Source: Podarcis melisellensis | Lineage: Eukaryota | Reading direction: 5' to 3' (one strand) | DNA length: 64,000 nucleotides | Assembly: GCA_964234715.1 (NCBI GenBank) | Contig: OZ174279.1 | Part shown: positions 1 through 12,599 of the stretch, in pieces | Layout: each line of letters opens with the position of its first letter | Numbering within the stretch: position 1 is the first letter of the stretch | Notes under the pieces: generated by a model | Databases searched by the model: none | Seen by the model: only the letters and a program-made list of their open reading frames with translations | What the model was told of the DNA's origin: nothing | Translations under genes and position numbers: made by a program

Positions 1-217
1 CCTGCATCTCAGAGTTGAAGTTTGCTGTTGCCTCTTCTCCACATGGACAACTTGTCTTTGATTATAAAACATCACTGCAGCAGATATTTGCTTCTCTTAC
101 TCAGATCACCTATGCGGGCTGTGCAAAATGTAGACTTGAACTACAGATAGATGATAACAAGATCTACAAACAGTGTGTTAGCTGCTTACCCTCTAATGAA
201 GTGAAGATATTCTACAG
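1..217 (+). CDS. SHLD2: Shieldin complex subunit 2, internal coding exon (open at window start)
   Basis: Frame from nt 3 reads CISELKFAVASSPHGQLVFDYKTSLQQIFASLTQITYAGCAKCRLELQIDDNKIYKQCVSCLPSNEVKIFYR. This matches the recalled human SHLD2 C-terminal OB fold (..[27 protein letters not shown]..KIYYR) with its CxxC..CxxC motif. Donor AG|GTAAAA at 217/218, phase 2. Confidence 0.9.
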
Positions 218-235
218 GTAAAAAAGTGTGTGTAT

Positions 236-308
236 AATGAATGTATGTATGTATGTATGTATGAATGAATGAATGAATGAATGAATGAATGTGTAAGTGA
301 GTGAATGA
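236..308. repeat. Compound microsatellite (ATGT)n(GAAT)n
   Basis: Direct reading. Confidence 0.95.
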
Positions 309-2185
309 GAATCAGTTGACGGTAGCTGCTATGTTAATATATTAAACTGGCCCGCAGGTGTATTATTGTGAAAGGGGATACATTTTATTTATACTTCTAC
401 ATTCTCTCCATAACATTGTTTTAAAGGGAATCAATCCAGTCTGGTGAAATGCTCCCAGGGTCAGATTGAGTCAATTACGTTCACTGGGCTTGTGGTTTTC
501 TGTCACCCTACTCTTACTGCTTTGGTATAAATGAGTAGTAGAAAAACTGATAATACTTTGTGTTAGTTTTTCACAGAGGGTTGAAGGGTAATAGATTCTT
601 CTGGTAGATGAAGACGAATCCCATGGAAGGGCAAATGTACAGCTGTGTGCCTTGACATCCCCATCCTGTTGCAGCCCACAGCAATGGGCACCTTGTGGAG
701 GAGCCAAGTGTCTCACACCCCTTTCTGGGAATTACAAGATTAGCTGGCCAGGTTATAAATGCAACCTTTTAATATAAGCATTGTTTACACCATTTAAATA
801 TTGAACATGTTTATGGTGTATAAACCCGAAAGACCATCAAGTTCCCATTTAAAGTATTAGTTTAGTTTTTATGTCCTTCCCTATACCAAGCAAACAATGT
901 TGTGGTGCAACAGGATAAAAACACCTCAGTCTAACAGAAACTGTGTTTGGTCAGTGTTACAGAACTAAGTGTTAATGCATATATTTGTATAAATTACTAT
1001 TACTTCATTACAAAGTGTGATCTTTGGGTTGTTTCAGCCAAAGTCCATCCCAGTCACACAAGGACTTCAGCTTGGGCAACAGAACTTCCCCTTACACTCC
1101 TCTCTTCCAAAGGGAACCCCCAAGAACAGCTTTGGTGTACATGCAGGGGGAGGAGTTGGGAAGTTCCATTGCACAGGCAGAAACAGGATATAGAAACAGG
1201 ATGATTTCATTGGATAGAAATCTCCATTTTTATCTGTCTGTCTTGGTGATTCCCATGGTAATAAAAGTTGCTGACAGAGCTTGAGGCTGAAGTCCAAAAG
1301 GTTTATGGGTACCAGTGTAACACAGAGACCCCTGGAAAACTGTTGGAGCAGCAGTTCATTAAAAACTAGAAACAGCATCATGTTTTAAGAAGCCAATTAC
1401 CTTGCTGAAATAATTCAGCAACTTCAGTTGGAAGAGAAACCTCACAACAAACACTAGGTGGCAGTAGTGGATAGTTTATGTACGTGGGAAACCCCCGCCC
1501 CACAAAATCCACAGATGCATCTGACTTTATTATATATAGGAATAGCTGATATTTGAGGTGGTCTCTTTCAGAACTGTTAAGGGCTTTGTAGCAACTCTGC
1601 AGTTAGCATTCACATGGAGACAATTTACTGTAAAGAGAGGCAAATGGCAGGTTTGTCCATAGTCTTATACACTGAATTTTGTACAACATAATTTTGTACT
1701 TGTCTGCAAGAGAAGTATAGAAAGCCTATTATGAAAATCCTATTTGAAAGGGTTTCTTAAATGAATTTATCACCTACCAATATTTCTTTTGCCTATTAGA
1801 TTTGTTGGAAGGCAAATACTGGATCGGATTTGCATTTATGATTATGGATTCTTGTCTAGTTTAAGGAACTGCATGCAACAATTAAATTAACATGACATTT
1901 CTCTTTCCTGGTCCACTTAATTGCTCCTTAGGTTTCTACAGCTTATTTTAAACTCTGCAGCAAGGATTGAAAATAATGGCATGGCAGGCAGTTCAGAATG
2001 TAAAAGTGTGCCTTGCATCTCTCTTTCTCTCCCTGTATGTATATTAATGTCAAGTTTTTGTTTCAGGTGTGGGTATGTGAATTTACATCCTGCCTTCCGC
2101 CTCGCTCCTCCCAAAAATGGAATTTAAAATATTGTAATAGTTAAAATCTGATTGTTGTAGTAAAACCAAATAATAGTTACATCTA

Positions 2186-2517
2186 AAGGTAAAGAGACCC
2201 CTGACCGTTAGGTCCAGTCGTGACCGACTCTGGGGTTGCGGCGCCAAGGGAGCCGGCGTACAGCTTCTGGGTCATGTTGCCAGCATGACTAAGCCGCTTC
2301 TGGTGAACCAGAGCAGCGCATGGAAACTCCGTTTACCTTCCCGCCGGAGCGGTACCTATTTATCTGCTTGCACTTTGACGTGCTTTCGAACTGCTAGGTT
2401 GGCAGGAGCAGGGACCGAGCAACGGGAGCTCACCCCGTTGCAGGGATTTGAACCGCCGACCTTTTGATCAGCAAGTCCTAGGCTCTGTGGTTTAACTCAC
2501 AGTGCCACCCACATCCC
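2186..2517 (-). mobile_element. Sauria SINE with 14-bp TSD
   Basis: tRNA-derived head and ACCTTT tail on the minus strand. TSD AATAGTTACATCTA at 2172-2185 and 2518-2531. Confidence 0.9.
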
Positions 2518-3387
2518 AATAGTTACATCTACAAGCCTTTAATTTCCTGTAGTGGTTTTAACTTTATAAGAGCATGACTTTTGGTGAAATCTTTCCCAGT
2601 GACCTTATCAGGAACTGATAATGCTGTAGTTAGAAGCCAGTGTCCTGTGTTAATTATTTAGTATATTTCGAAATTAAGCATCTCAACCTGCTTCTCTTTG
2701 AAATTGCAATTTATTTGTAGTTGATTAAAAGTATTAGTGGGGGACTGAAATAGCTGCTCAGCTGCCAACCGATTTGGTTCACCTTAATTGCTTGCATACA
2801 GAGAGCGAACTGATTAAGCACCACCATTAGTCAAGTGTTTGGAACTTCAAAGCTGAGAACGTCCTTGACTCAAGAAGCCAAAAGTTAGATATGCTTGAGT
2901 ATACTTCTCCCCCCCCCTTGAATTTATTCTGAATCACATGACCTGTTTGAAGGGTCAGCTGCAAACATGTATTTATTTGTTATTTTTTAAAAAAAGCTTA
3001 GTCTTATTGCTCTACTTTTCTCCCCTCCCCCCTAGGTTCTGCCTTTGTGTATTTGAACAACAAATGGAGGTGTTCATGCCATTTAATACTAAAATAAATG
3101 AGTGGTACTGTCTTCTTTGGGAAATATAAGGTGTTGTCTTTAGGCACAGCCCTCTTTGACACTGGATGGTCTCCAAGATCATCATTTCAGTTATAGGGTA
3201 GAGAACAAGACTCATAGCAAGTTTCAGGTGCCTGTCCTTTGATATTTTCAAGTTTTTAATTGCACTATAGTTAAACTGTTTCATTTAAATACAGCTTAAT
3301 ATACTAACAGTATTAGTGCACCATAACTTCTCTCCCCTGCAGCTCCCAATAAGCACTCAACTGTGTGGTTGGGGGGATTCTCAAGAG

Positions 3388-3523
3388 CAGGCTTCCTCAA
3401 CCTCGGCCCTCCAGATGTTTTTGGCCTACAACTCCCATGATCCCTAGCTAGCAGGACCAGTGGTCAGGGGTGATGGGAATTGTAGTCTCAAAACATCTGG
3501 AAGGTCGAGGTTGAGGAAGTCTG
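3388..3523. mobile_element. Palindromic hAT-type MITE
   Basis: TIR CAGGCTTCCTCAAC/GTTGAGGAAGTCTG. 8-bp TSD CTCAAGAG/CTCTAGAG. Relatives at about 11050-11175, 19190-19310 and 23420-23545. Confidence 0.8.
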
Positions 3524-4439
3524 CTCTAGAGCAGGGGAGTTGCAATTGATAAGCTCCCCAAACTGTATTTTATTGTGGTTAACTTATAATACCTCAGAAT
3601 AACCAGATATATGTACTCCCCTCCCTACATAAGAGGCTGAGTCAAAAGAACAAAGGTATTGATTGCATTTCCCCAAAGATTCTTCCAATATAGAGATCTT
3701 CTCTCTAAGCAACAATGCAGTTGAGCTTATGCCTACGGATCCTTGTTCATCTGGAATTACAGGGGCTTGAAAATATGAGCATATAATTTTGTGGCAACCT
3801 TTTGAACAGAGGCTTTTCTTTTTAGAAATTTCACACTGTTCTTCCTAATACGTATTTTATTATTTAAAATGCCCAAATCCCTGATATTCAAGTACATGAG
3901 ATCTAGAAGGAATTAAAAATTCTTCACTTAATCATAGTTTCCCCTCTTGCTCATGTCTGGAATATCCAAATAGTGTTGCAGTCACTCTGGCTGTAAGTAT
4001 TCAGCTTCTAAAGTGTCTTATAAATATATTACCACTTTAAAATACAAGGAAAGGCTACTGAAACAATACACTAGCATATTGTGTAGAAGCAAATTTTGCC
4101 TGCTTGTTCAATCAAGGTACCTTACCGAGTCATTAAATCAAGATAATGCAAGAAAAAAGAACTTGTCATGGATAACAGTATGCAACTGAATGTGATAATA
4201 CTCTTAATTATCTTATCCTCAGGTTTAATGGAAAATTAAGCCATTAAACACAAGCACCGACAAGACACGTATTTTAAGTACGCTTAATTAGTATATTGAT
4301 TGTTAAACCCCATATTGATATTTCTTATTGTTTAGGTAGAGAATTATGCAGAAAATCTGGTTTAATATGCTGACTATTTGCTGTAATAAACCTTGACTTG
4401 ACTTAGCACTGACAGCACTTTTCCTGTTTCCCCCTTTAG

Positions 4440-4555
4440 ACCTGCACTGATGACTATAGAGGATGGGAAATGTGATGTGTCCGTTCAAGTGGCGTCAGAA
4501 CTAATGGAGAAAATGTTCCTCAATATTCCAGCAGAGTGGCTGAACAAGGCTATAG
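4440..4555 (+). CDS. SHLD2: SHLD2 penultimate coding exon
   Basis: Polypyrimidine tract and TAG acceptor at 4438-4439. Reads (R)PALMTIEDGKCDVSVQVASELMEKMFLNIPAEWLNKAI, like human RPALMTAIDGRHDV.. Donor G|GTAAT at 4555/4556. Phases fit both neighbouring exons. Not in the ORF track. Confidence 0.9.
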
Positions 4556-4573
4556 GTAATGCACTATGAATTA

Positions 4574-4807
4574 CAGTGGTACCTTGGATTACATATGCTT
4601 CAGGTTACAAACGCTTCAGGTTACAGACTCCACTAACCCAGAAATAGTACCTCGGGTTCAGAACTTTGCTTCAGGATGAGAACAGAAATCATGCTACGGC
4701 GGAAGCAGGAGGCCCCATTAGCTAAAGTGGTGCTTCAGGTTAAGAACAGTTTCAGGTTAAGAACGGACCTCCGGAACGAATTAAGTACTTAACCCGAGGT
4801 AACACTG
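4574..4807 (+). mobile_element. Tc1/mariner (Tigger/pogo-like) MITE, family A
   Basis: TIR CAGTGGTACCT..AGGTA(A)CACTG flanked by a TA TSD. About 230 bp, with several near-identical copies in the window. Confidence 0.88.
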
Positions 4808-5956
4808 TATTTGTGTAACTGAATAAAAAAAGCAGACAAAACTTAGTGGTTAAATGTTTGCGGCTATTCAACTTCTACCTATGTGAAGTGGGATTTCTCC
4901 CTAATGCCAGTCCTTGAAAAAAAATCCTCATTAAACTTAAACTGGGAGAGGTTTATTCAGGTGTTTCTCCGACAGAGACATACCAACTGTTCTGGGAACT
5001 TTTTCCACCCTGGGGGCAGAGGCCTGGTTTGCACGCTCCATTAAACCGTAGTTTGCTGCTCCTGGCTCTGCCATGTGTGGGGGGGAAACAAACCAGCCTG
5101 GCTTGTTGCAACATGCAAACACAGGTGTCATGGGTAGGTAAGTTGAGGGTTATGTGGTCTGGGAGGGTAAACTGGGCCATTGGGAACGTCACTCCGTTTT
5201 CTAAATATATTGCAGCCTGACAATCTTAGAGCTCTTATCTTGTGCTTATCCCCGTCTCAGGCCTCTTTCCTTTGCTTTTCACAATATCTTGGCAGGCAGA
5301 TATTGGCTCTAGCATGAGAAAAAAATGGTATAAAACAACATTTGCCTTTTGCCCCTTTGCACCCCTGCTATCTTGTTTTACTTTGGCTTGCTTTTATAAC
5401 AAAAGCACACAAACCAGCTTTGGCCTTGAGGTGTGGTCACAAATGAGGAAGGAGTAAAGCACTCACGAGCACCAAACCATAGTCCAAGCAATGGTTTGAT
5501 GTTATGTGTTGACCAGGCTGTAGATTAGTTCGCTAAGTGAATTGTTAACTACAGTTTTGCATCTTCTGAATGCCATTGAACAGTGTATCAGCCCTTCTAC
5601 TTTAGAGAACCACAGGAGAGAGGGGTGGTGCTTCTGTGAGTATTCTGCAGGCATCCACTGTGCCCCCTCATACAGTCATGGGGTTTCCTCAGTATTGACC
5701 AAGAATCCAATGTCACTCTTTTTGAACACTTATATTTTTAAATTTTAGATAGTTGTGAATGGATTACCCTGCTTTACGGAAAGTCACAAAATGCTTCATA
5801 TTGTTCTAAAAGAAAGATTATTGGGGAGCCCTGTTAGGGCCTATTTTTCCTGTTCTTGTATGAGGAGGCTTGTCCAGGTTGAATAGCTTATCTTCAGTGT
5901 AAACTGGAAAGGTGTCGTGTGATAATAATGTTTGAACCATTCATTGTTTCTTGCAG

Positions 5957-6129
5957 TGCCTTCTTTAGAGACCACATACGGTATGATAGTAGCAGATCTG
6001 TGTCATTCGCTGCTCACAGACACACAAGCATCCTATATTTTGGAAATCAGGAGCCATTTTGTACTGGATGAAAATAGCTACCCTTTGGAGAAGACTTTCA
6101 ATTTGCTGGATTTTCATCTTGATCTCTGA
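5957..6129 (+). CDS. SHLD2: SHLD2 last coding exon
   Basis: Acceptor TTGCAG ends at 5956. Reads (V)[56 protein letters not shown], containing the conserved [10 protein letters not shown] motif. Confidence 0.92.
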
Positions 6130-6458
6130 ATATATATACTGAAATGAAATATTTATTTTTAATGATTTATAAAATATCCCAGGTTTTGTATTTTTATAGA
6201 TACCCTTTGCATTATTTATGAGCAGCAATTATTTCTGTGCAAGTTCCTTCTGGTAATTATTATGAAACTAGCTTTTGTGACTAATATTGCTCTTGCCATT
6301 ATTTTTCTTCTAGAAGCAAGATTAATTATTGGGGTATTTTGAAAACATCCAGTCAACATTTTAAATGTCTTACCTAAGAAACTACTTTTCCCTACTCCAC
6401 CCTTCCATATGAACCCCAATTTTCTTACCATTTTTTACCATTGCACAGTGATATTTAT

Positions 6459-6580
6459 AATAAAATTCACTTTTGAAAGTAGATGTGTACTTCAGAGTCT
6501 GATCTTTCTTTATTCCTCTGAAGAGCCTTTCATGGGCTTGCAGATTGTGACTTCAGCTATTTTTTAACAAATCAAATAAA
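6459..6580 (+). terminator. Candidate SHLD2 polyadenylation signals
   Basis: AATAAA at 6459-6464 and 6575-6580, 330-450 nt after the stop, in an AT-rich 3'UTR. Confidence 0.45.
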
Positions 6581-6823
6581 ACTGTTGACTAACACTTCTG
6601 CATTCATACCAGAAATCTCTCATTTCCTGGATTGAAGTTAAATGTCACTACAGAATTGCAGACGTGTTCCAAAGCAAACACTTGTTTCTATAGTAACATT
6701 CAGAGAAAGAAAGAAAACAATTTAAATTATATTTCATTTAATAGAAATCTAACCACCGCCACAAAAGCAGATCCATTTATTAGGCTTGTTCTTTGTGGGG
6801 CAGGGGATCAATGTCTAAACTAC

Positions 6824-6894
6824 AGCCTTAAATTGCTTTAACAATCATTTCCTCTACCCAGCAAGCCTTAAATTGCTTTAACAATCATTTCCTC
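6824..6894. repeat. 40-bp-period tandem duplication
   Basis: AGCCTTAAATTGCTTTAACAATCATTTCCTC occurs at 6824 and 6864. Confidence 0.9.
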
Positions 6895-8860
6895 CCCCCC
6901 CCCCGGTGTATCCTTGAACCTCTAGTTGTTGTGAACTTTGGATGGTTTGTAGTGGCCCACCGACATTTCAGTCACATGAGAACAAATGCCCACAACTGAA
7001 GCAACAAGAAGTCAGCATGGGCTAAGCTAGAGACCTTTTCTCACACACTGAATGGCTCTGTCTCATGACTCCCTTGAGTGTGGGTTGTAACTTGAGGAAA
7101 AATGCAGAGCGAGATTCTGAGAAGCTTTATCACCACAATCAGAAGCAATTACTTGGCTGCCGTTAACCACTTGGCGTGCAATTTTTGCCATCTGAGTGGC
7201 TTCCCTGAATATACAAGGACTTTCCTTTAAACGTCTCTGATTGGATTCTTCCTATCCATCATGAGGCAGCTTTCAAAATGCTCAAAGGGGAGGGTGTGGG
7301 TCTCACAATTAATTGTGTTGCAACAGGCCAATGCTTAAGGGCAAACTCAGTCCTATGATAAGGAACCAGCAGAAAGCAGCCCTAAACTGACACCAACTCA
7401 CTAAACAGAGTCTAGCATCTTACGAGAAGCAGACTACAGTTACCAGAATAACACATTGGTTCAAATTGTTTTTAATCACGTAAAATGTATTTTTATATAT
7501 AATAAGAGAGAGACACCGGAAAGGGACAAGGGAAATGCATTGTTTCTAAGGTTTCACAGCACTTGTTTTAACATAATGCAAAACATTACAGACTAATAAC
7601 CAAAGCATAACTGACCTCAAGACATGACCGGTGCTTCAAGCAAAAACCAAGTAACTGCTCTCGGCTTGCTTTAACAATAAGAACAGCACATAAATAAACT
7701 TGATTTTCACTTCCTTTGTAAGAATGTAAGAGCTCTGTTGAATCTGGCGAATGACCCATCTAGACCAGCATTCTGTTCTCACAATGGCCAACCCAGATGC
7801 CCAAAAGTAGGACCTGACCTGAGCACAACTCCCCACTTTCCACCTTTCATTCCCAGGAACTGGTATTCAGAGGCATTTTGCTGCCAACAGTAGAGGTCAC
7901 ATTCCCATATGGAGTCTGTAATTTTAAAAAAAAGTTTTATTCATTTTCTCTCTTTGTTTTTGTTAGTTCACTGTTTTAATCAACTATACACACACACACA
8001 CACATATATGATGTGTTTCCCCCCAAAACCAGCTTGAAAACAAAGTGAAAAAATAAATTGTCTGGCTGCAATGTGCACACATCCCAAGTATGACTTTGGC
8101 AGATACAACTCAGAATTACAATGGAAACCAAGATTGAAGTCTGGTGTTTTCATGCTTCACATTAATTAACACTGCATCCTGCTTCAAAGGGAAGCCTGTT
8201 TCATTTCCTCATTTTCTGTTTTTCCTTCACTGAAGAATAATTTAATGATTAGAAAATATCACGAGCTGAACTCTCGAGTGAGTTACTGAAATTAAATTAC
8301 CTTTTCTGATTTTTTAAAAAGTGGCTTGCGCACGACTTTAGGAGAACATAACAAATGGTCACAGCTTGAGGGGGGTTTTTTTCTGACCTAAACAGAAAGA
8401 CTAGACTCAAACAGGAACTTTGGATAATGCTTCCCTTTTTTCTCCTTTTCACCATTTTGCATTAGCACAACACATGCACACAGCCTGGTGATTTAGCAAG
8501 CCTGCACTAGTATAATCCATGATCATGCTGCTTGTGACTGATGAAACAATCCTTTAGCCAACCTGAAGCAGAATCCATCTGAGACGGAACAGCGCAGAAA
8601 CTTTGTCCACCTGCCTCAGACCAGTGAGATAATGGAAATGGCTCTAATAAATGAGGCCAGAGATTCCAAAACCAGAACGCTGCAGATGCGGTGCCTCCAA
8701 CTAGCTTTCATAACATGCCTTCTGTGCTCAATTATATCCTTAATGCACTTACCTCCTAATACATTTGATTAATTGATATTGCTAAGGAAACTCTTAATGG
8801 CACAGTGCTTCCTAACCAAGGGTTTAAAATACAGGGATCAAGCCAGTAGAATCTTATGTT

Positions 8861-9385
8861 CTTGCCCTATTCTGCCTTGGTCAGATCTGGAGTACTGTGT
8901 CCATTTCTGGACACCACAATTTAAGAAGGATATTGACAAGCTGGGAATGTGTACAGAGGGGGGGGACCAAGATGATAAAGGGTCTGGAAACCAAGCCTTA
9001 TGAGGAACGGATGAGGGAATTGGGTATGTTTAGCTTGGTAAAGGGGAAACTGAGAGGAGATAGGATAGCCATCTTCAAACATTTAAAGGGCTGTCACATA
9101 GGATGAAGTTTGTTTTCTCCTGTTCCAGAGGCTAGGATCTGAACCAACGGATTCAATTTACAAGGAAGGAGATTCTGACTAAGCATCAGGAAGAGCTTTC
9201 GGACAGTAACAGCTGTTCAACAGTGGCACAGACTTCCACAAGAGGTGGTGGACTCTCCTTCCTTGGAGGTTTTTAAGCAGAGGTTGGATAGTCATCTGTC
9301 ATGCAGAATCTAGTTGAGATTCCTGCAGTGCAGGGGATTGGAGTAGATGACCCTCAGGGTCGCTTCCAACTCTGCAATTCTATGA
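8861..9385 (+). mobile_element. CR1 LINE 3' fragment, decayed
   Basis: Frameshifted ORF2 tail (LEYCVHFWTPQFKKDIDKL / [20 protein letters not shown]) and CR1 3' end TTCCAACTCT..ATTCTATG. Confidence 0.9.
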
Positions 9386-9636
9386 AATTTCAGTGGTCTA
9401 TGGTATATGTGGCCAACACTCTCACGCTGATTTGGGAGCTCTCCTAATTTTAAGGATCAAATTCCACTTTGCAACTGAGCAGATCTGAGGTGAAATCTGG
9501 CGCTTTTAGCAACGTTGTCAACTGTCTTGATAACTAGGTCACCCAACATCTGTGATGCTGAGAATACATCATGCTGAGACAGCACAGCAGAAAGCTCTTT
9601 GCTACAGGTATCCCTTGCAAGAGTGCTCACCACCTT

Positions 9637-9798
<162 letters not shown>

Positions 9799-9836
9799 TC
9801 ATCAGATGCTATGCAAGAATAGTATGCAGGTAACCA

Positions 9837-10200
9837 GGGACGCGGGTGGCGCTGTGGGTTAAAGCCTCAGCGCCTAGGGCTTGCCGATCGAAAGGTCGGC
9901 GGTTCGAATCCCCGCGGCGGGATGCGCTCCCGCTGCTCGGTCCCAGCGCCTGCCAACCTAGCAGTTCGAAAGCACCCTCGGGTGCAAGTAGATAAATAGG
10001 GACCGCTTACCAGCGGGAAGGTAAACAGCGTTTCCGTGTGCGGCTCTGGCTCGCCAGAGCAGCGATGTCACGCTGGCCACGTGACCCGGAAGTGTCTTCG
10101 GACAGCGCTGGCCCCTGGCCTCTTGAGTGAGATGGGCGCACAACCCCAGAGTCTGGCAAGACTGGCCCGTACGGGCAGGGGTACCTTTACCTTTACCTTT
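9837..10200 (+). mobile_element. Sauria SINE, CpG-rich and young-looking, in SYT15 intron 7
   Basis: Head GGGACGCGGGTGGCGCTGTGG.., B-box GGTTCGAATCC, tail (ACCTTT)3. TSD TAACCAG at 9831-9837 and 10200-10206. Confidence 0.92.
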
Positions 10201-10234
10201 AACCAGATGATAGTAGTGGAAAACAGCTCCTTAC

Positions 10235-10414
10235 CTTCTGCCTCTGAATCCTGGAGCACAGACAGGCTCAGGCTTGCTGTATCCAGCTCCTGCTGGTCCA
10301 CCTTGAAGCTGAAAGTCTCATTGTACAATGGATCCGAGGATGCAGGAACAACTGTGGTCTTTTTGCTTTTGATGAATTGATTATGCTTCATTAGTGACAC
10401 TTTGACAAATACAC
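10235..10414 (-). CDS. SYT15: SYT15 exon 7, C2B domain
   Basis: Reads GVFVKVSLMKHNQFIKSKKTTVVPASSDPLYNETFSFKVDQQELDTASLSLSVLQDSEAE. CAG acceptor, G|GTAAGG donor. Confidence 0.95.
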
Positions 10415-10550
10415 CTGGAATGAGGGTAAACCACTTGATATAGGTTGGAAGCATTCAGAGGAACACAAATCCACAACCCGCAACCCCTTCCCCAAGTGTT
10501 GCACCTCAAGGAACTACAGTTTGGAATTCAACCTCCGTTATCTCAGTGGA

Positions 10551-11027
10551 TGTCAGGCGGCAGAGGAGCCAACCCCCACAGCAGGTTGCCAGGAACGGAT
10601 AAGACAAGGAAAAGTTCTTACCAACTGCTTTTTATTCAATATTCACAGAGAGAAGCTTGGAAATGCAGCCTCATGGAATAATGGCGTTGCCCCGAGTGAG
10701 TCTCCACCCCTTCCCTCTCTCCATGCGTCATCATTACGGGTGCTGAAAAGCGTTCTCTGCCTTTGAGCTCTCTGCTCTCCTGCTTTCAGTGCTCGCTGGG
10801 TTCTGGGAGAGGGGGCAGGTCTGGAATGCTTTCTAAAGACACTGTGTCCATCAGCTGGAGCTTCTTGCTCCTCTTCTCCCATTATTTCCCAGCTTTTCCC
10901 CTCATCTGCCTCTGAGCTGTGACCTCCCTCAAACCCCTGTTGTAATTCTGAAGTGTCTTCTTCTTCTCTGGAAGGGTCAGGCTGGGGAGGCAGTCTCCAC
11001 CATTCCTCCTCTGCCCAGTACCTGACA
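10551..11027 (-). mobile_element. Probable solo LTR of a second family
   Basis: TGTCAGG..CCTGACA ends and an internal AATAAA on the minus strand; TSD poor. Compositionally similar degraded stretches near 40580-41060, 42380-42670 and 51990-52500. Confidence 0.5.
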
Positions 11028-11215
11028 GTGTTGATATCAGAAATATTCAGTCTTGGGTTTCCAAAACTTGGGTCTCCAGCTGTTTTTGGACTACAACTCC
11101 CATCACCCCTAGCCAGCAGGGTCAGTGGTCAGGGATGATGGGAACTATAGTCCAAAAACAGCTGGAGACCCAAGTAATGTGAAGTAATTAGGGTTAATTT
11201 CTCAAAACCCAATTA

Positions 11216-11377
<162 letters not shown>

Positions 11378-11881
11378 TCAGCTGCACTGTAAAAACTGCA
11401 CTTTATCAAGAATTTAGTATTAAGAAGCAAATCTTTTCCTCACTCCACTAAGTTTAAGAGCAGGGTTATTCTCCCATACCATGGATATTGACACCATATA
11501 TTGTCTTTGTGAACTGTAGCTTACTGCTCACAGGATTCAATTCCCAGAACCTTTAACACAGTACAGTTCCCAGGATTCTTATAGGGAAACCGTGCACTTA
11601 AAGTGTATGTTGTGGATGTGAGCAGTGATGTGCAACAGTGCCCAATAGATATTAGAGATATCTTAGGAAAAGGCGAAGAGGTTTGCCATCCAGGCCTGCT
11701 CATTTACAAATGCAGAAGGAATATGTAGTGCTTGTCATTGGCACCAGGAGTTTGGTTCCTTTCCTCACCTCGCTTTTCCTGTTAAGGGGCAGGTTCATGC
11801 ACAGACTGAGCACATGCAGAAAGGAAAAGTCTGATGCGCTCCCAGGAGGAAAGGGCATTAAGGATACTAGTTGATCTGGAA

Positions 11882-12018
11882 CAGGTGGGAGGGGAACCTT
11901 TGGCCTTCCAGATGTTGCTGAACTTTTTCAACCACCCCTAGCCATGGGCCATGCTTGCTAAGACTAATGGGAATTGGAGTTGAGCAACATCTGGAGAGCC
12001 AAAAGTTGCCCACACCTG
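11882..12018. mobile_element. Palindromic hAT-type MITE
   Basis: CAGGTG..CACCTG ends; TSD ATCTGGAA/ATCTGGAG. Confidence 0.75.
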
Positions 12019-12027
12019 ATCTGGAGC

Positions 12028-12599
12028 CATAGCTGTCAAGTGTCCCTTATTTGAAGGGACGGTCCGTTATTCCAGCGCCATGTCCCGCTGCTGTCCCTTA
12101 TTGATGGATGTCCCTTAAATGTCCCTTAAATTTCAAAGGAAGCAGCTCCTCTTCCTCCCTCCCTGCCGGCCAGGGAGGAGGGAGGCTCCAACTGTGTTGC
12201 TTGGCTGTGTTGCTCACCCAATAAGAAGTCTAAGAACGACTGGGGGGTGGAGGTTGCATGCCTTGTGTGTGGATAGTTAATGCAAGCTGAGGGGTTTTTT
12301 GAATGCTGGACGCCATTTTGTTGCACGTGCTGCTGCAAACATTGCAGTGCAAAGCCAGGCCGGGGAGCCATCTTAAGTTGAGGCTGCATAGGCCTTGTGG
12401 TGCATGTGATTCAGATTCTATTCAGTTGAACCTCTGGTTACAAAGTTGGTTGGACAGTGTTCTCGAAGCTACCAGCATGAGTTTGACCAGATTGCAGGAG
12501 GACAGGAAGACTGGAGTGCCTGGAACAGGTGAGGCTGCAGGTCCCTTATTTTCAAGGCTGCTGGTCCCTTATTTTCAAATCTGTAAGTTGACAGCTATG
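12028..12599. mobile_element. Non-autonomous hAT element containing a Bov-B fragment
   Basis: TIR CATAGCTGTCAA/TTGACAGCTATG, perfect 8-bp TSD TCTGGAGC, subterminal GTCCCTTA repeats at both ends. Confidence 0.88.

Noticed and set aside
9837-9915. tRNA-like sequence with A/B boxes (also at 45013, 59456 and others)
   Set aside because: These are tRNA-derived heads of Sauria SINEs, continuous with the SINE body and tail.
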